From positions 10,597-74,596 of IMG/VR virus record IMGVR_UViG_3300025915_000004: a stretch of DNA of 64,000 bases, one strand, 5' to 3'. Below the pieces are notes generated by a model. It did no database searches, was not told where the DNA came from, and saw only the letters and a list, made by a program, of their open reading frames with translations. A program made the translations under genes and the position numbers. Below are positions 1 through 8,668 of the stretch, in pieces; position 1 is the first letter of the stretch; every line of letters starts with the position of its first letter. The stretch comes from a virus. Lineage: Duplodnaviria; Caudoviricetes.

Positions 1-204
1 CATCCGGTCGTGGTGGTACGTGTCGCGGCCGTTCCGGGTGACGATGAGCGTCAGCCCTCCGGCCGCAGCAGTGTGCACGCCGTCGTGGTCGCGCTCGACG
101 TCGTCCAGCCGCACGTCCCAGCCCAGGTCCTCGCGGTACTCCAGGTGTGCGACCAGGTAGTCGAGCTCGTCCGGGTACGGAGCGTACTGGCGCATGGTGC
201 CCAT
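1..204 (-). CDS. Hypothetical phage protein (runs off left edge)
   Basis: ATG at 204 overlaps upstream TGA; open to base 1 (MGTMRQYAPYPDELDYLVAHLEYR...). Confidence 0.55.
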   Translation of the reverse strand, partial: MGTMRQYAPYPDELDYLVAHLEYREDLGWDVRLDDVERDHDGVHTAAAGGLTLIVTRNGRDTYHHDRM

Positions 205-365
205 CACGGCCTCCATATCCTCATCAGCCAGAAGAACGCGCGCACCACGCGACCGCGCGCTCCGTCGGCCGCTCCGATGTTCTCGTAGCGCAGCAGATCA
301 GGGCACAGGTGCTCTGGAGTGAGCAGCGTGCCGAAGGTCGCGGGTGACGTGGTTATCTGCTGCAT
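204..365 (-). CDS. Small hypothetical protein (53 aa)
   Basis: Stop/start overlaps on both sides; MQQITTSPATFG... Confidence 0.45.
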   Translation of the reverse strand: MQQITTSPATFGTLLTPEHLCPDLLRYENIGAADGARGRVVRAFFWLMRIWRP

Positions 366-616
366 CAGTTGCTCACCGCCTTGTGCAGTCCGGGAATGCC
401 GTCGAGCAGAAGAAGATCGTGGTGTGGATACGTGATCGGAGCTCCGGGGGCGGCGACGGCCGATCCGTTGCTGATCAGCCTGGCCGCGTTGACGTCGTCG
501 GTGTCGTCCCATACGTCGCCGGGCACGATGTCCGGCCAGCGGGCCCGTTCGGTGCCGGCCCGGATCGTGGTCAGTGCCTGCAAACGGGTGGTCATGCCCC
601 TCAATGTAACGCTCAT
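365..616 (-). CDS. Hypothetical protein (83 aa)
   Basis: ATGA overlap with upstream gene; MSVTLRGMTTRL... Confidence 0.55.
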   Translation of the reverse strand: MSVTLRGMTTRLQALTTIRAGTERARWPDIVPGDVWDDTDDVNAARLISNGSAVAAPGAPITYPHHDLLLLDGIPGLHKAVSN

Positions 617-1782
617 GTGCGCTGCCCTGGAGTCCTTCGGCCGGTCGCCAGCTCCCGCGCGGTGGGCCGGTGTGCCGCGCGCAGCTGCGTGCGCCCGAAC
701 CATGCTCCGGCGTGTTCGTCCGGCACGACGCCGAGCCCTCTGCACGCGCGGCAGCGGTCGTACGGGTAGGCGCGGGACGCGGCGGCGCGTAGCTTGCGGG
801 CCGCCGGGACGCGGTTCTCGCTCGCCTCGGCCTGGCGGACCAGATCGGCGATGTACCGCTCGCGCAGCTGGTCGGTGAACGCCCGGTTGACGATGCCTTC
901 GTCGCAGCTCCCGCATGCGACCGTCGGACCGGCGTAGCGGGCACGGCCGGACTGGCGCACGGCGCGTTCCTGCTTGCGGTCGAGGTTTCCGCGCGGACGG
1001 CGGTACTTCGCGTCCAGCCAGCCGGCGATGCCGGGCAGTCCTGCATCGGTCATCGCCCGGCGGCTGAGTACCTTGCGCCCGCCGCGGGCGTTACGGCCGT
1101 GCACAGGGCAGGAGACGGACCCGGCGACCAGCGTGACGCCATCGCGCTGCTCCACGGTGGCGATGCGTCCGGTGCCCTGGCACTTGCAGGTGGCGGCCAG
1201 GTAGATGCCGCGCAGGCTCTTGCCGGGCTCAGGCGGCGGCGGAGGCGGCGGGGGAGCATTCTTCGCTGGAGCCTTCTTGCGCGGCGCGGTTTTCTTCGCT
1301 GGTGCAGGCGCCTTGGCCGATCGCTTGCGCGGTGCCCGCGCAGGTGCATCGGCCGGCTTCCCTGCGGCGATCCGGTCGGCGCGGGCATTCGCCTCTCGGT
1401 ACGCCTTCATCGCCTGCGCCAGGGTGATCGGCTCGCCGGTGCGGGGGTTGGTCGCGATCACCGGACTCGGCGCGCGCTTGCGCGGCGGACGGGGTGCGGC
1501 CTTTTTCGCTGCGGCGGCCTTTTTGCGCGCCGCGGCGGCTTCGCGCTGTTCCCTGCGCCGGGCAGCCTGCTTCTCCCGTTGTTCGCGCCGCTTGCTCGCC
1601 TGGTACTGCTTGCGCCGATTGCCCTTGTTTGTGATCGTTTTCGTGCGCAGCGGCGAGCGCGCGATGTCCGTAAACGTCTGGTGCTTGCCGCCGCTGATGA
1701 ACCTGGCTGCGACCCGGTTCGGTTTCATCGCCCGTGCGGCCTGGCGCCACGGACTGCGTCGGCGCCTACGTCGGGCCATCAT
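613..1782 (-). CDS. Basic Lys/Arg/Pro-rich protein with C-terminal Cys motifs (putative Zn-finger DNA-binding protein), downstream of traB
   Basis: AKK/PAKK-like low-complexity N-half; CKC, CPVH, CGSC, CRAC motifs; start overlaps the traB stop. Confidence 0.7.
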   Translation of the reverse strand: MMARRRRRRSPWRQAARAMKPNRVAARFISGGKHQTFTDIARSPLRTKTITNKGNRRKQYQASKRREQREKQAARRREQREAAAARKKAAAAKKAAPRPPRKRAPSPVIATNPRTGEPITLAQAMKAYREANARADRIAAGKPADAPARAPRKRSAKAPAPAKKTAPRKKAPAKNAPPPPPPPPEPGKSLRGIYLAATCKCQGTGRIATVEQRDGVTLVAGSVSCPVHGRNARGGRKVLSRRAMTDAGLPGIAGWLDAKYRRPRGNLDRKQERAVRQSGRARYAGPTVACGSCDEGIVNRAFTDQLRERYIADLVRQAEASENRVPAARKLRAAASRAYPYDRCRACRGLGVVPDEHAGAWFGRTQLRAAHRPTARELATGRRTPGQRT

Positions 1783-4100
1783 GCGTCCTTGCGCGCCAGT
1801 GCGCTCAGCCGGCGGCGCGCGGTCTCATCGTCGCGCCAATACCGGAAGTCGCGCCCTTCCCGCTCGCTGGTGACGTACTCTGCGGTGCGCCACTCGGCGC
1901 ACAGCGTGCGCACCCACGACAGGGATCGGTCGTGGCCGGCGCGCTTGCCCGTGACACACAGCTCGGACACGGTCGCGCCGCGGTCGCCGAAGGTGGCCAG
2001 CAACTCCCAGTACGCCAGGTGCTTGGCCTCGATCTCGGTCTCGTCCGGGTACCGGGGCACGACCCGCGGGATCCATCCGCCAGTGCCGCCGCGGGCCGGG
2101 GTGTCGTTGACGGCGGCGTCCTGCACGCCGTCTCCGTCTCCGTCCGGGTCGTCGAACGGCGGGGGCGTGGTGACGTCCGGCTCGACGCCGTTCATGATCG
2201 CCTGGAACGCGGCGTCCGACTCCTCGTCCAGTTCCGGCCGGCTGTTCTTGTACTCCTCGACCAGCTGCGCGATCCGCTCGTCGCCGAGCCAGAACCCCTT
2301 GCGCTCGACGGGGACGCGCTCGTCCAGAGTGACCATGTAGAACTTCCCCTTGGTATCCAGTTCGTTCGCCCTGAAGTTGTCGCCGTGCGCACCGTCGTAC
2401 AGCACGATGTTGGTCAGCCGCGGTCCGACGGTCGCCACGCAGATCCGGTTCTGCGCCTGGTCGGTGCCCGACTTGATACCACCGGTCGCCAGGGCGTCGG
2501 GCTTCTGCGTGGCCACCACGATCGTCACGTCGTAGGCTCGGCCGACCTGCATGATCCGCACGTAGTTGGTGGACATGCACGCGACCGCGCGCCGCAGCAC
2601 CGGGTTCTTGTACTTTTTCAGGTCCGTCTGCCCCTGCTTGCGGAACAGCTCGGCGATCTCGTCGATGATCCCGACCAGCGCCGGGCCGTCCGCGGTGTCC
2701 CAGCCGCGCTCGGACTGGCCGGACTCCTGCCGCTTGCGCTTGAGGATCGCGCCGCGCGTGTTGATCACCGCGACCATGGCTTCGAGCAGCAGCGCGGCCT
2801 TCTCGAACGAGTCGGCCGAGGCGTAGGCGGCTTCCTCGTAGATCCCCAGCTCCAGCGAGCCGGGCTTGTTGTCGAGCAGGACCAGCAGCGCGTCGTCCAT
2901 CGCCATCACCTGAGTGGCGATCACGTTCACGACACCGCTTTTGCCGTTGTTCGTCGTGCCGCCGACCACCGTGTGATTGCGGTACAGCGGCAGGTACGTC
3001 ATTTCTCCGGTGGCCGACGGGCCGAGCGGAATCGGGTTCTTGATCGAGCGGACCGTGATTCCCGGAAAAGGAATCTCCTCGGCCAGTTCGTCGATCTCCC
3101 CATACCGCACGGTGAGGCGCACTTCGTTTCCGTTGCGGGTGCGCTGGGCGATGATCTGATTCGCGCCCAGAGCCGAACGCAATTCGTCGCGCCGCGCAAT
3201 GATCGCGTCCGGGCCGACCCCCTTGGCCGGCGCCAGGCGCACGGTGATCCGGAACGAGGACTCGTTGATCCGCTCGAAGCCGTAGACGTCGGTGAGCTTG
3301 ATCCCCAGGCCCTTGATCGCCGCGCCGTCGCCCTCGAACGCCTTCCAGACGACCGACTCCTCATGCGAAAGGATCTTGCCCGGCACGGCAGTTGCCGGGG
3401 CGGAAGTTCCGCCCGGCATTCCGAGGATTGCCGGGTTGGAGGCGGCAGTCTGGCCGACGATGAAGCCGCGCTGATCCTGAAGTCGGGAGTGCCGGTTCTC
3501 GAACCAGGCGTAGAAACTTCCGGCAGTCAGCGGCATCGAAGTTCCGGCACTAAGCCACGACCGGCCGGTGATGCAGGCGGCTCCAAATGCCACCCCCCAG
3601 GCTCCGGCGAGGCCGACCACGTGTGCGCCGCGGGAGATCACACCGTCGTCTCCGTTGATCGCGTGGATCACGTGCACCGCGCCGTACGCCAGCAGTCCGA
3701 CGATCCCGAAGCCGAGGAAGACTGCGCCGAACCACGGGTGGTTGGGCTCGGTGGCCGCCGCGCCCCAGCCGCAGACGTCGCCAGCCAACACGCCGAGCGC
3801 GGGCACCAGGTGGCGGTCCTGCATCCACTGGAACAGGGACCAGCCGGTGCGATCTGCCAAGCCGGGGGTCAGCTGATCCGCCACGTAGTCGGGGATGCCG
3901 GCCTGCTGGCCCCAAGGCTGCGTGGCGGATGGCTGAGACACAGTCGGGCGCTGGACCTGCGCGTTCGACATTGTTGCGAGTTGTTGCGCCACGCCACGCA
4001 GCACAACTTCGCCGTCGCGGCGATCCGAAATCTCGATCGCGTCGATGATTTCGTCGAGTTCTTCTTCCTTGGCGTGGCGGATGGCGTGGCGTCGCATCAT
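1779..4100 (-). CDS. traB: TraB/TraSA-like FtsK/SpoIIIE DNA translocase (actinomycete conjugal transfer protein)
   Basis: N-terminal TM segments, Walker A GTTNNGKS, Walker B LVGIIDEIAE, ATQKP motif, C-terminal winged-helix-like region. Confidence 0.88.
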   Translation of the reverse strand: MMRRHAIRHAKEEELDEIIDAIEISDRRDGEVVLRGVAQQLATMSNAQVQRPTVSQPSATQPWGQQAGIPDYVADQLTPGLADRTGWSLFQWMQDRHLVPALGVLAGDVCGWGAAATEPNHPWFGAVFLGFGIVGLLAYGAVHVIHAINGDDGVISRGAHVVGLAGAWGVAFGAACITGRSWLSAGTSMPLTAGSFYAWFENRHSRLQDQRGFIVGQTAASNPAILGMPGGTSAPATAVPGKILSHEESVVWKAFEGDGAAIKGLGIKLTDVYGFERINESSFRITVRLAPAKGVGPDAIIARRDELRSALGANQIIAQRTRNGNEVRLTVRYGEIDELAEEIPFPGITVRSIKNPIPLGPSATGEMTYLPLYRNHTVVGGTTNNGKSGVVNVIATQVMAMDDALLVLLDNKPGSLELGIYEEAAYASADSFEKAALLLEAMVAVINTRGAILKRKRQESGQSERGWDTADGPALVGIIDEIAELFRKQGQTDLKKYKNPVLRRAVACMSTNYVRIMQVGRAYDVTIVVATQKPDALATGGIKSGTDQAQNRICVATVGPRLTNIVLYDGAHGDNFRANELDTKGKFYMVTLDERVPVERKGFWLGDERIAQLVEEYKNSRPELDEESDAAFQAIMNGVEPDVTTPPPFDDPDGDGDGVQDAAVNDTPARGGTGGWIPRVVPRYPDETEIEAKHLAYWELLATFGDRGATVSELCVTGKRAGHDRSLSWVRTLCAEWRTAEYVTSEREGRDFRYWRDDETARRRLSALARKDA

Positions 4101-4936
4101 CCCGCCTCCCAGCTGTCCGAAGCTGTCCGAAGCTGTCCGAGGCTGTTCGAGAGGCGTTCGACGTCGGCGCGCAGGTTGCGCTCCCAGCGATCCGAGGTGG
4201 GGATCTTGAGCGTGGGGTGTGCGTGGCGCAACGCATCGGCCAGCTGCGTGGCGTTGGGTGCGCTACCCGTCTTCAGGACGTGGCGGGTCCACAGCGGTTC
4301 GGCGAGTTCGGCCCATACGGCGGCGGATTTGCGACCAGCCGAGCCAATGTCGACGACGTTGCCGGAATTACGGGTGGCAGCGGGGGGCGGAACGAGTGCG
4401 GCGCTGCCGCCCCCCGCTGCCGGGTCCGCTTCCGCCCGGCTGCCGGGTGCGGCCGGCGTCTTCAGGGCGGAAACGGACGTCTTGTGCCGGGCGGAAACTG
4501 CCGGGCGGAAGTTCCGCCTCGCCGCAGTCAGCTGCCGCCACAGCCAGGGGGCCAGAGAGCCCCAGCCGAGCAGGAGTACCGGGCCGACGCAGTCGACCGC
4601 CACCAGGCGCCAGTGGCTGTCGTGCAGCGCGACCGCGGTGTTGAGCCACACCATGATCAGGCCGCAGGCGAGTGCCGCCAGGTGCAGCGGCCAGTCGGCG
4701 CCCTCGTGCTCGTGCGTGGAGAGGTAGGACGCCGCGATCACCAGGACCATGACGGCCAGGTCGACGGCCGGGCCGGTCAGATATGCGATGCGGTGCTCGA
4801 CGCCGAGGCTTTCCAGGAATGAGCCGACGTTCCCGAAGGAGAAGAAGAACACCAGCAGCGGAATCAGGGACAGGCCGATACCGACGATCCAGAACGTGAT
4901 CGTCTCCACCGCGTCCGCAGACTTCCGGCCCGGCAT
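4097..4936 (-). CDS. SpdA/DUF2637-like membrane protein of a plasmid/AICE transfer region
   Basis: Four hydrophobic segments incl. GPAVDLAVMVL and GPVLLLGW; C-terminal helical DNA-binding-like region; lies between GntR and traB. Confidence 0.7.
   Translation of the reverse strand: MPGRKSADAVETITFWIVGIGLSLIPLLVFFFSFGNVGSFLESLGVEHRIAYLTGPAVDLAVMVLVIAASYLSTHEHEGADWPLHLAALACGLIMVWLNTAVALHDSHWRLVAVDCVGPVLLLGWGSLAPWLWRQLTAARRNFRPAVSARHKTSVSALKTPAAPGSRAEADPAAGGGSAALVPPPAATRNSGNVVDIGSAGRKSAAVWAELAEPLWTRHVLKTGSAPNATQLADALRHAHPTLKIPTSDRWERNLRADVERLSNSLGQLRTASDSWEAG
4111..4150. repeat. 10-bp tandem repeat AGCTGTCCGA x3 plus one degenerate copy
   Basis: Read directly at 4111-4140, then GGCTGTTCGA at 4141-4150; immediately upstream of the traB start. 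Confidence 0.9.
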
Positions 4937-5679
4937 TATTCCGCCTCCCCGATACGCAGGTCGTATTCCATGTCGAAGATTTCAGCGGACAGGATGATGA
5001 CCAATGCGTCGACAGGCCTGTCGTTGTCCGAGCGCGTGAGTCGCAGCACTCGCATCACCGGGATCCCCGCTGCGGCGATGCGCAGAATCCGCGCCTCTTC
5101 CGAGGTGGGCATGCGCGCCGAGACCCACTCGCGCGCCTTGCGCGGCGGGTAGCCGGCGCGTACCAGGGCTGCGGGCATGGCTCCGCGCAGACGCGCGGGA
5201 CGCTCCAGCTCGGTGCCGCGGGCGATCGGGACCGGGATGTAGTCGATCGCGATCTGTGTCGGGGTGCCGTCTTCGTCGAACATGACGCGGCGCCGGCAGA
5301 TCACCGGCTCGCCGGGCTCGACCTCCAGCTTCTCGGCCACGTCGTCCGGCGGGACGATGCCGCCGACCTCCGGTTTGCTGGACCGGCCGTGGTTGATGGG
5401 CGCTCCGTCGGGGACCGGTGTCACGAAGTCGGCGGAGCGGCTGGAGCGGCGGCGCACTTCGCGCACATACACCCCTTTGCCGGAGACGGCCTGCACCAGT
5501 CCGGCCGCCTTCAGGGCGCGCACCGCCTTCTGCACGGTGTTGGACGACACGCCGTACTGCGCCACCAGCTCGGTGACCGAGGGGATCGCGCGGCCGGGCG
5601 GTATCGTGCCTGATTCGATCTTTCCGCGCAGATCGTGCAGGACCCGCTGATACGCGGGAACGGTCCACTCGTCCGCCAT
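4936..5679 (-). CDS. GntR/HutC-family regulator with UTRA domain (TraR/KorA-like)
   Basis: PAYQRV..DLR..I.SG...PG..IPS..EL...YGVS..TV.KAV..L...GLV....GKGVYV wHTH plus UTRA-like C-terminus. Confidence 0.92.
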   Translation of the reverse strand: MADEWTVPAYQRVLHDLRGKIESGTIPPGRAIPSVTELVAQYGVSSNTVQKAVRALKAAGLVQAVSGKGVYVREVRRRSSRSADFVTPVPDGAPINHGRSSKPEVGGIVPPDDVAEKLEVEPGEPVICRRRVMFDEDGTPTQIAIDYIPVPIARGTELERPARLRGAMPAALVRAGYPPRKAREWVSARMPTSEEARILRIAAAGIPVMRVLRLTRSDNDRPVDALVIILSAEIFDMEYDLRIGEAE

Positions 5680-5690
5680 CGGACGGCCTC

Positions 5691-5741
5691 CCTTCGGTGA
5701 CTATGGCGCTATAGCGCTTGACTTTCACAGTACACCGAAGG
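5691..5741. promoter_or_regulatory. Candidate promoter/operator of the tra operon
   Basis: Inverted repeat CCTTCGGTG (5691-99)/CACCGAAGG (5733-41) flanking palindrome GCGCTATAGCGC (5706-17), just upstream of the GntR start. Confidence 0.55.
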
Positions 5742-5804
5742 TGACGCATCGTGACAGGGGATCGGATGGCAAACTTGACTGAGTCCAGTTACGGCACACG
5801 ACAG

Positions 5805-5840
5805 CGAAGGCGCCCGCGACCGTGTCGCAGAGCGCCTTCG
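5805..5840 (-). terminator. Hairpin terminator candidate
   Basis: CGAAGGCGC/GCGCCTTCG stem with inner GCGAC/GTCGC stem, just after the 5857 stop. Confidence 0.6.
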
Positions 5841-5856
5841 GAGTTTCTGGGTGCGG

Positions 5857-7116
5857 TCAGGGCTTGTTGATCGCGTGTCCGCTGCTGTCGACGTTGCCCG
5901 CCCAGGTGCCGTACGTGCCGGGGTAGCCGGACAGGTCGCCCACGTACCCCCACACGCCGGCGCCGAAGGTGTTGCCCTCGACGTCCACGCTGATCCCGGT
6001 CTGGTTGCGCAGCACGTACGCGCCGCCGCTCAGGTAGTTGCCCTTGACCGTGATACCGGTGTCGGTCGAGCCGCGGTCTTGGATGAACACCGCGGCCGTG
6101 GTGTCCGACCGGACCGGCGCGTCCACGTAATTGCCCTGGATCAGGATGTTGCCACCACCCTGGCTGAAGATGCCGTCCAGGTGCGTGGGGGTGCTGGAGG
6201 TGCCGTTCTGGAACAGGTTGTGTATCCAGTTGTTCAGCACCACCGAGTCCGCGCCGGGGTCCAGACCCTGCGGCATGCCGGAGATGTCGCTGCGCTCGAC
6301 GTCGATCCGGCCGCCGTACAGGCTCCAGACCGGACCCGCGTCCACCCCGGAGGGCATGCTCTTGCCGGGCAGCCAGCCGACGGTGGAGTCCTTGACCACC
6401 ATCCCGGCGTTCGCCGAGTGCCCGAGCAGCGCGTACCACGCGCTTCCGGTGCCCCCCTGCACGATCGAGTCGGTGACCGTCATCGTGCCGGTGCCGGTCC
6501 AGTAGACCGAGCCCTTGATCCAGTCATGGTCGAAGACGAGGTTGGTGCTGTCGCAGCGCAGGCCGTAGGCCTGCCACGAGGAACAGCCAGCGGGCACCGC
6601 TCCACCCGGCTGATACACGGTCAGGGCCGAGGTCGCGCCGAGGTAGCCGACCGTGCCGGGCTGCACGTAGGAGGTTCCGGTCGACGGCGACGCAGAGGGT
6701 GAGACGCTCGCCGACGCGCTCGGGCTGGGCGATGTACTCGGCGACGGCGACGCGCTCGGACTCGGACTCGCCTCGGGCAGCACGGTGAGCGCGCCGTACC
6801 AGGTGCAGGTCGAGTAGACCGTGTAGGGCCCGGACATCCCGGTCAGGGACACCTGCGGCGGGGTCGCGCTGTACGCGTCGGTCTGCGACGTGGATGAGTT
6901 GCCGTCGTCCGAGACCGCAGACACGGCGGAGAGGTAGTAGCCGGTCGTACACGGATCCGTGTAGGTGTGTGACGGATCGGTGACGTGCTGGCTGTAGACG
7001 GTGGTGGGATTGGACGCGTCCGCGTTCGACGGCGCCGCCAGGAGGAAGGTCGCCAGCATGCCGGTCACCGCTACTGCGGCTGCGGATGCGCTGGTGATCA
7101 GTGTCTTTGCTCGCAT
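5857..7116 (-). CDS. Secreted right-handed beta-helix (pectate-lyase-like fold) protein
   Basis: Sec-type signal peptide, Ser/Pro linker (SPSPS repeats), repeating V.V.N..I.G / N.I..N / H.DG motifs. Confidence 0.78.
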   Translation of the reverse strand: MRAKTLITSASAAAVAVTGMLATFLLAAPSNADASNPTTVYSQHVTDPSHTYTDPCTTGYYLSAVSAVSDDGNSSTSQTDAYSATPPQVSLTGMSGPYTVYSTCTWYGALTVLPEASPSPSASPSPSTSPSPSASASVSPSASPSTGTSYVQPGTVGYLGATSALTVYQPGGAVPAGCSSWQAYGLRCDSTNLVFDHDWIKGSVYWTGTGTMTVTDSIVQGGTGSAWYALLGHSANAGMVVKDSTVGWLPGKSMPSGVDAGPVWSLYGGRIDVERSDISGMPQGLDPGADSVVLNNWIHNLFQNGTSSTPTHLDGIFSQGGGNILIQGNYVDAPVRSDTTAAVFIQDRGSTDTGITVKGNYLSGGAYVLRNQTGISVDVEGNTFGAGVWGYVGDLSGYPGTYGTWAGNVDSSGHAINKP

Positions 7117-7128
7117 AGAGCCGAGTGT

Positions 7129-7407
7129 CTACGCGCGGGACGGCGCTGGCAATCGCGTGGTGAAGGCGAGCACTGCGGCAGCCATGGCGGCGTACACACA
7201 GTCCCGGACCGCGTCGGCGGGGTGGTATCCGTAGCGCACCAGCACGACCAGTGCCAGTCCGGTGCACGCCTGGGCGACGCCGGCCAGCCATCGCGTGTAC
7301 GCGCGGTCTTCGGCGGCTGCGGTCTCGCGGGTGATCAGGCCCATGAGCGTGGCGGCGATGCCGAGCAGCAGGCCGAGGGCGAACAGTCCGGCGGCGATAG
7401 CGGTCAT
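7129..7407 (-). CDS. Small membrane protein (3 hydrophobic segments)
   Basis: Hydrophobic 92-aa ORF; GGAG RBS. Confidence 0.65.
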   Translation of the reverse strand: MTAIAAGLFALGLLLGIAATLMGLITRETAAAEDRAYTRWLAGVAQACTGLALVVLVRYGYHPADAVRDCVYAAMAAAVLAFTTRLPAPSRA

Positions 7408-7422
7408 GATCTGTGTCTCCTG

Positions 7423-7641
7423 TCAGTAGGGCAGTTCGTCGGGCTCCATGGAGAAGAACGTGACAACGACTTGGCTCCTCGACCAGCCTCTGTCCGTGCA
7501 CATCTCGGCCAGGGTGTCGTTGAACACCTTGCTGCGGGTCGTCCTGGCGGGCGGGACGATGACCTTCGCGGTCGATCCGATCTCGTATCCGCTGTTGAAG
7601 CCCACTCGCGTCGCGCTCATGGTCACGAAGTACTTCTTCAC
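7423..7641 (-). CDS. Hypothetical protein
   Basis: 72 aa, GTG start with GGAG upstream. Confidence 0.6.
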   Translation of the reverse strand: MKKYFVTMSATRVGFNSGYEIGSTAKVIVPPARTTRSKVFNDTLAEMCTDRGWSRSQVVVTFFSMEPDELPY

Positions 7642-7672
7642 GGCCGGCTCCTCCGGGTTCGGTCGGTCTGAG

Positions 7673-7703
7673 AGCTGCGCGCGGAAGCGATTCGCGCGCA
7701 GCT
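7673..7703 (-). terminator. Hairpin (terminator candidate)
   Basis: AGCTGCGCGCG/CGCGCGCAGCT 11-bp intergenic stem. Confidence 0.5.
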
Positions 7704-7728
7704 TTCGGCCCGGCCGGGCCTTTGTACG

Positions 7729-7932
7729 TCAGCTCTCTACGTCCGTGCGGAAGTCGTCTTCTGCATGCCGCAGTCGGTCCAGTCTGACCACCGCGCTGCC
7801 GTGTGTTGTGGTCTGCACATCGCTGACCATGAGATCAGCTTCGAACAGCCGGTCCCCACGGCGCTGCGACAGCAGTGCGATGGCGTCTTCGGTGAGCTGG
7901 TACTCGATCGGCATGTCGACGTTCTCGATCAT
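7729..7932 (-). CDS. Hypothetical protein
   Basis: GAAGG RBS before MIENVDMPIEYQL... Confidence 0.6.
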   Translation of the reverse strand: MIENVDMPIEYQLTEDAIALLSQRRGDRLFEADLMVSDVQTTTHGSAVVRLDRLRHAEDDFRTDVES

Positions 7933-7933
7933 C

Positions 7934-8122
7934 TCAGTGCCTTCCTTCACGGTTCAGGCGCTCGGCGCGCTCGTTGGCCTCGGCTTTCGATCCGCGCCAG
8001 GTGTACTCCATCCCGGTGATCTTCACATCGGCGCGCTCGACCCTGTCGAACACGCTGTACGTGTCGAAGGCGTGGCCGGGTACGGCGACGTAGCGGACAG
8101 CGGGCTCGGTCTCAGCGTCCAT
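7934..8122 (-). CDS. Hypothetical protein
   Basis: GGAG RBS before MDAETEPAVRYV... Confidence 0.6.
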   Translation of the reverse strand: MDAETEPAVRYVAVPGHAFDTYSVFDRVERADVKITGMEYTWRGSKAEANERAERLNREGRH

Positions 8123-8633
8123 CGGTCTCTCCCAGTGCCTTGAGCAGGTCGGTACGGCTGATCGTCTTGCGCTTGTAGCTCTCGCGCGCCAGCTTGCGCA
8201 CCTTGGCCAGGGCGATGGCGTCAGCCGAGGAACCGCCGTGCGCCCAGCTCGCAACTTCGAGATTGGTCAGCTTGGTGCCGCTGTTCAGCTCGTCCACGTT
8301 GTGCACGGTGCCGATGTGGTCTAGCTCGGCGATGAAGCTGTCGGGCATGACGGCTGCGGCGATGTGCGCCATGCGGCTGTAGGCCTTCATGCGCGTCTCC
8401 AGCAGCGTGCGCGTCTCCACCGCGATCTTGAAAGCGCGCTGCTCGTCCTCCACGTCGCGCAGCAGGCCGGCGTCATCCAGCAGCTGGAGCACGCCGAGCA
8501 GGTAGTCGCGGGCGTGGAAGAGGATCCAGCGCTTCTGGTCGAACTTCGCCAGCACGCGCTGAACGAGCTCGGACACGCGATCCTCGTGCAGGTACTGTGC
8601 GGCTTCTGCGGAGTTGTCCTGGCCGACGGCCAT
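8112..8633 (-). CDS. Hypothetical protein
   Basis: Start preceded by GTTCAGGGAGG motif; helical composition. Confidence 0.7.
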   Translation of the reverse strand: MAVGQDNSAEAAQYLHEDRVSELVQRVLAKFDQKRWILFHARDYLLGVLQLLDDAGLLRDVEDEQRAFKIAVETRTLLETRMKAYSRMAHIAAAVMPDSFIAELDHIGTVHNVDELNSGTKLTNLEVASWAHGGSSADAIALAKVRKLARESYKRKTISRTDLLKALGETDGR

Positions 8634-8668
8634 GTTCCTTGATCCTCCCTGAACGAATCGTGCGGTTC

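Noticed and set aside
1734-4727. 997-aa plus-strand ORF and other long antisense ORFs (e.g. 22878-24629, 31253-32767, 43475-44845)
   Set aside because: Shadow ORFs caused by high GC3 opposite genuine genes; no recognisable motifs.
6700-6780. SPSPS nucleotide repeats as a regulatory repeat
   Set aside because: In-frame Ser/Pro linker of the secreted protein.
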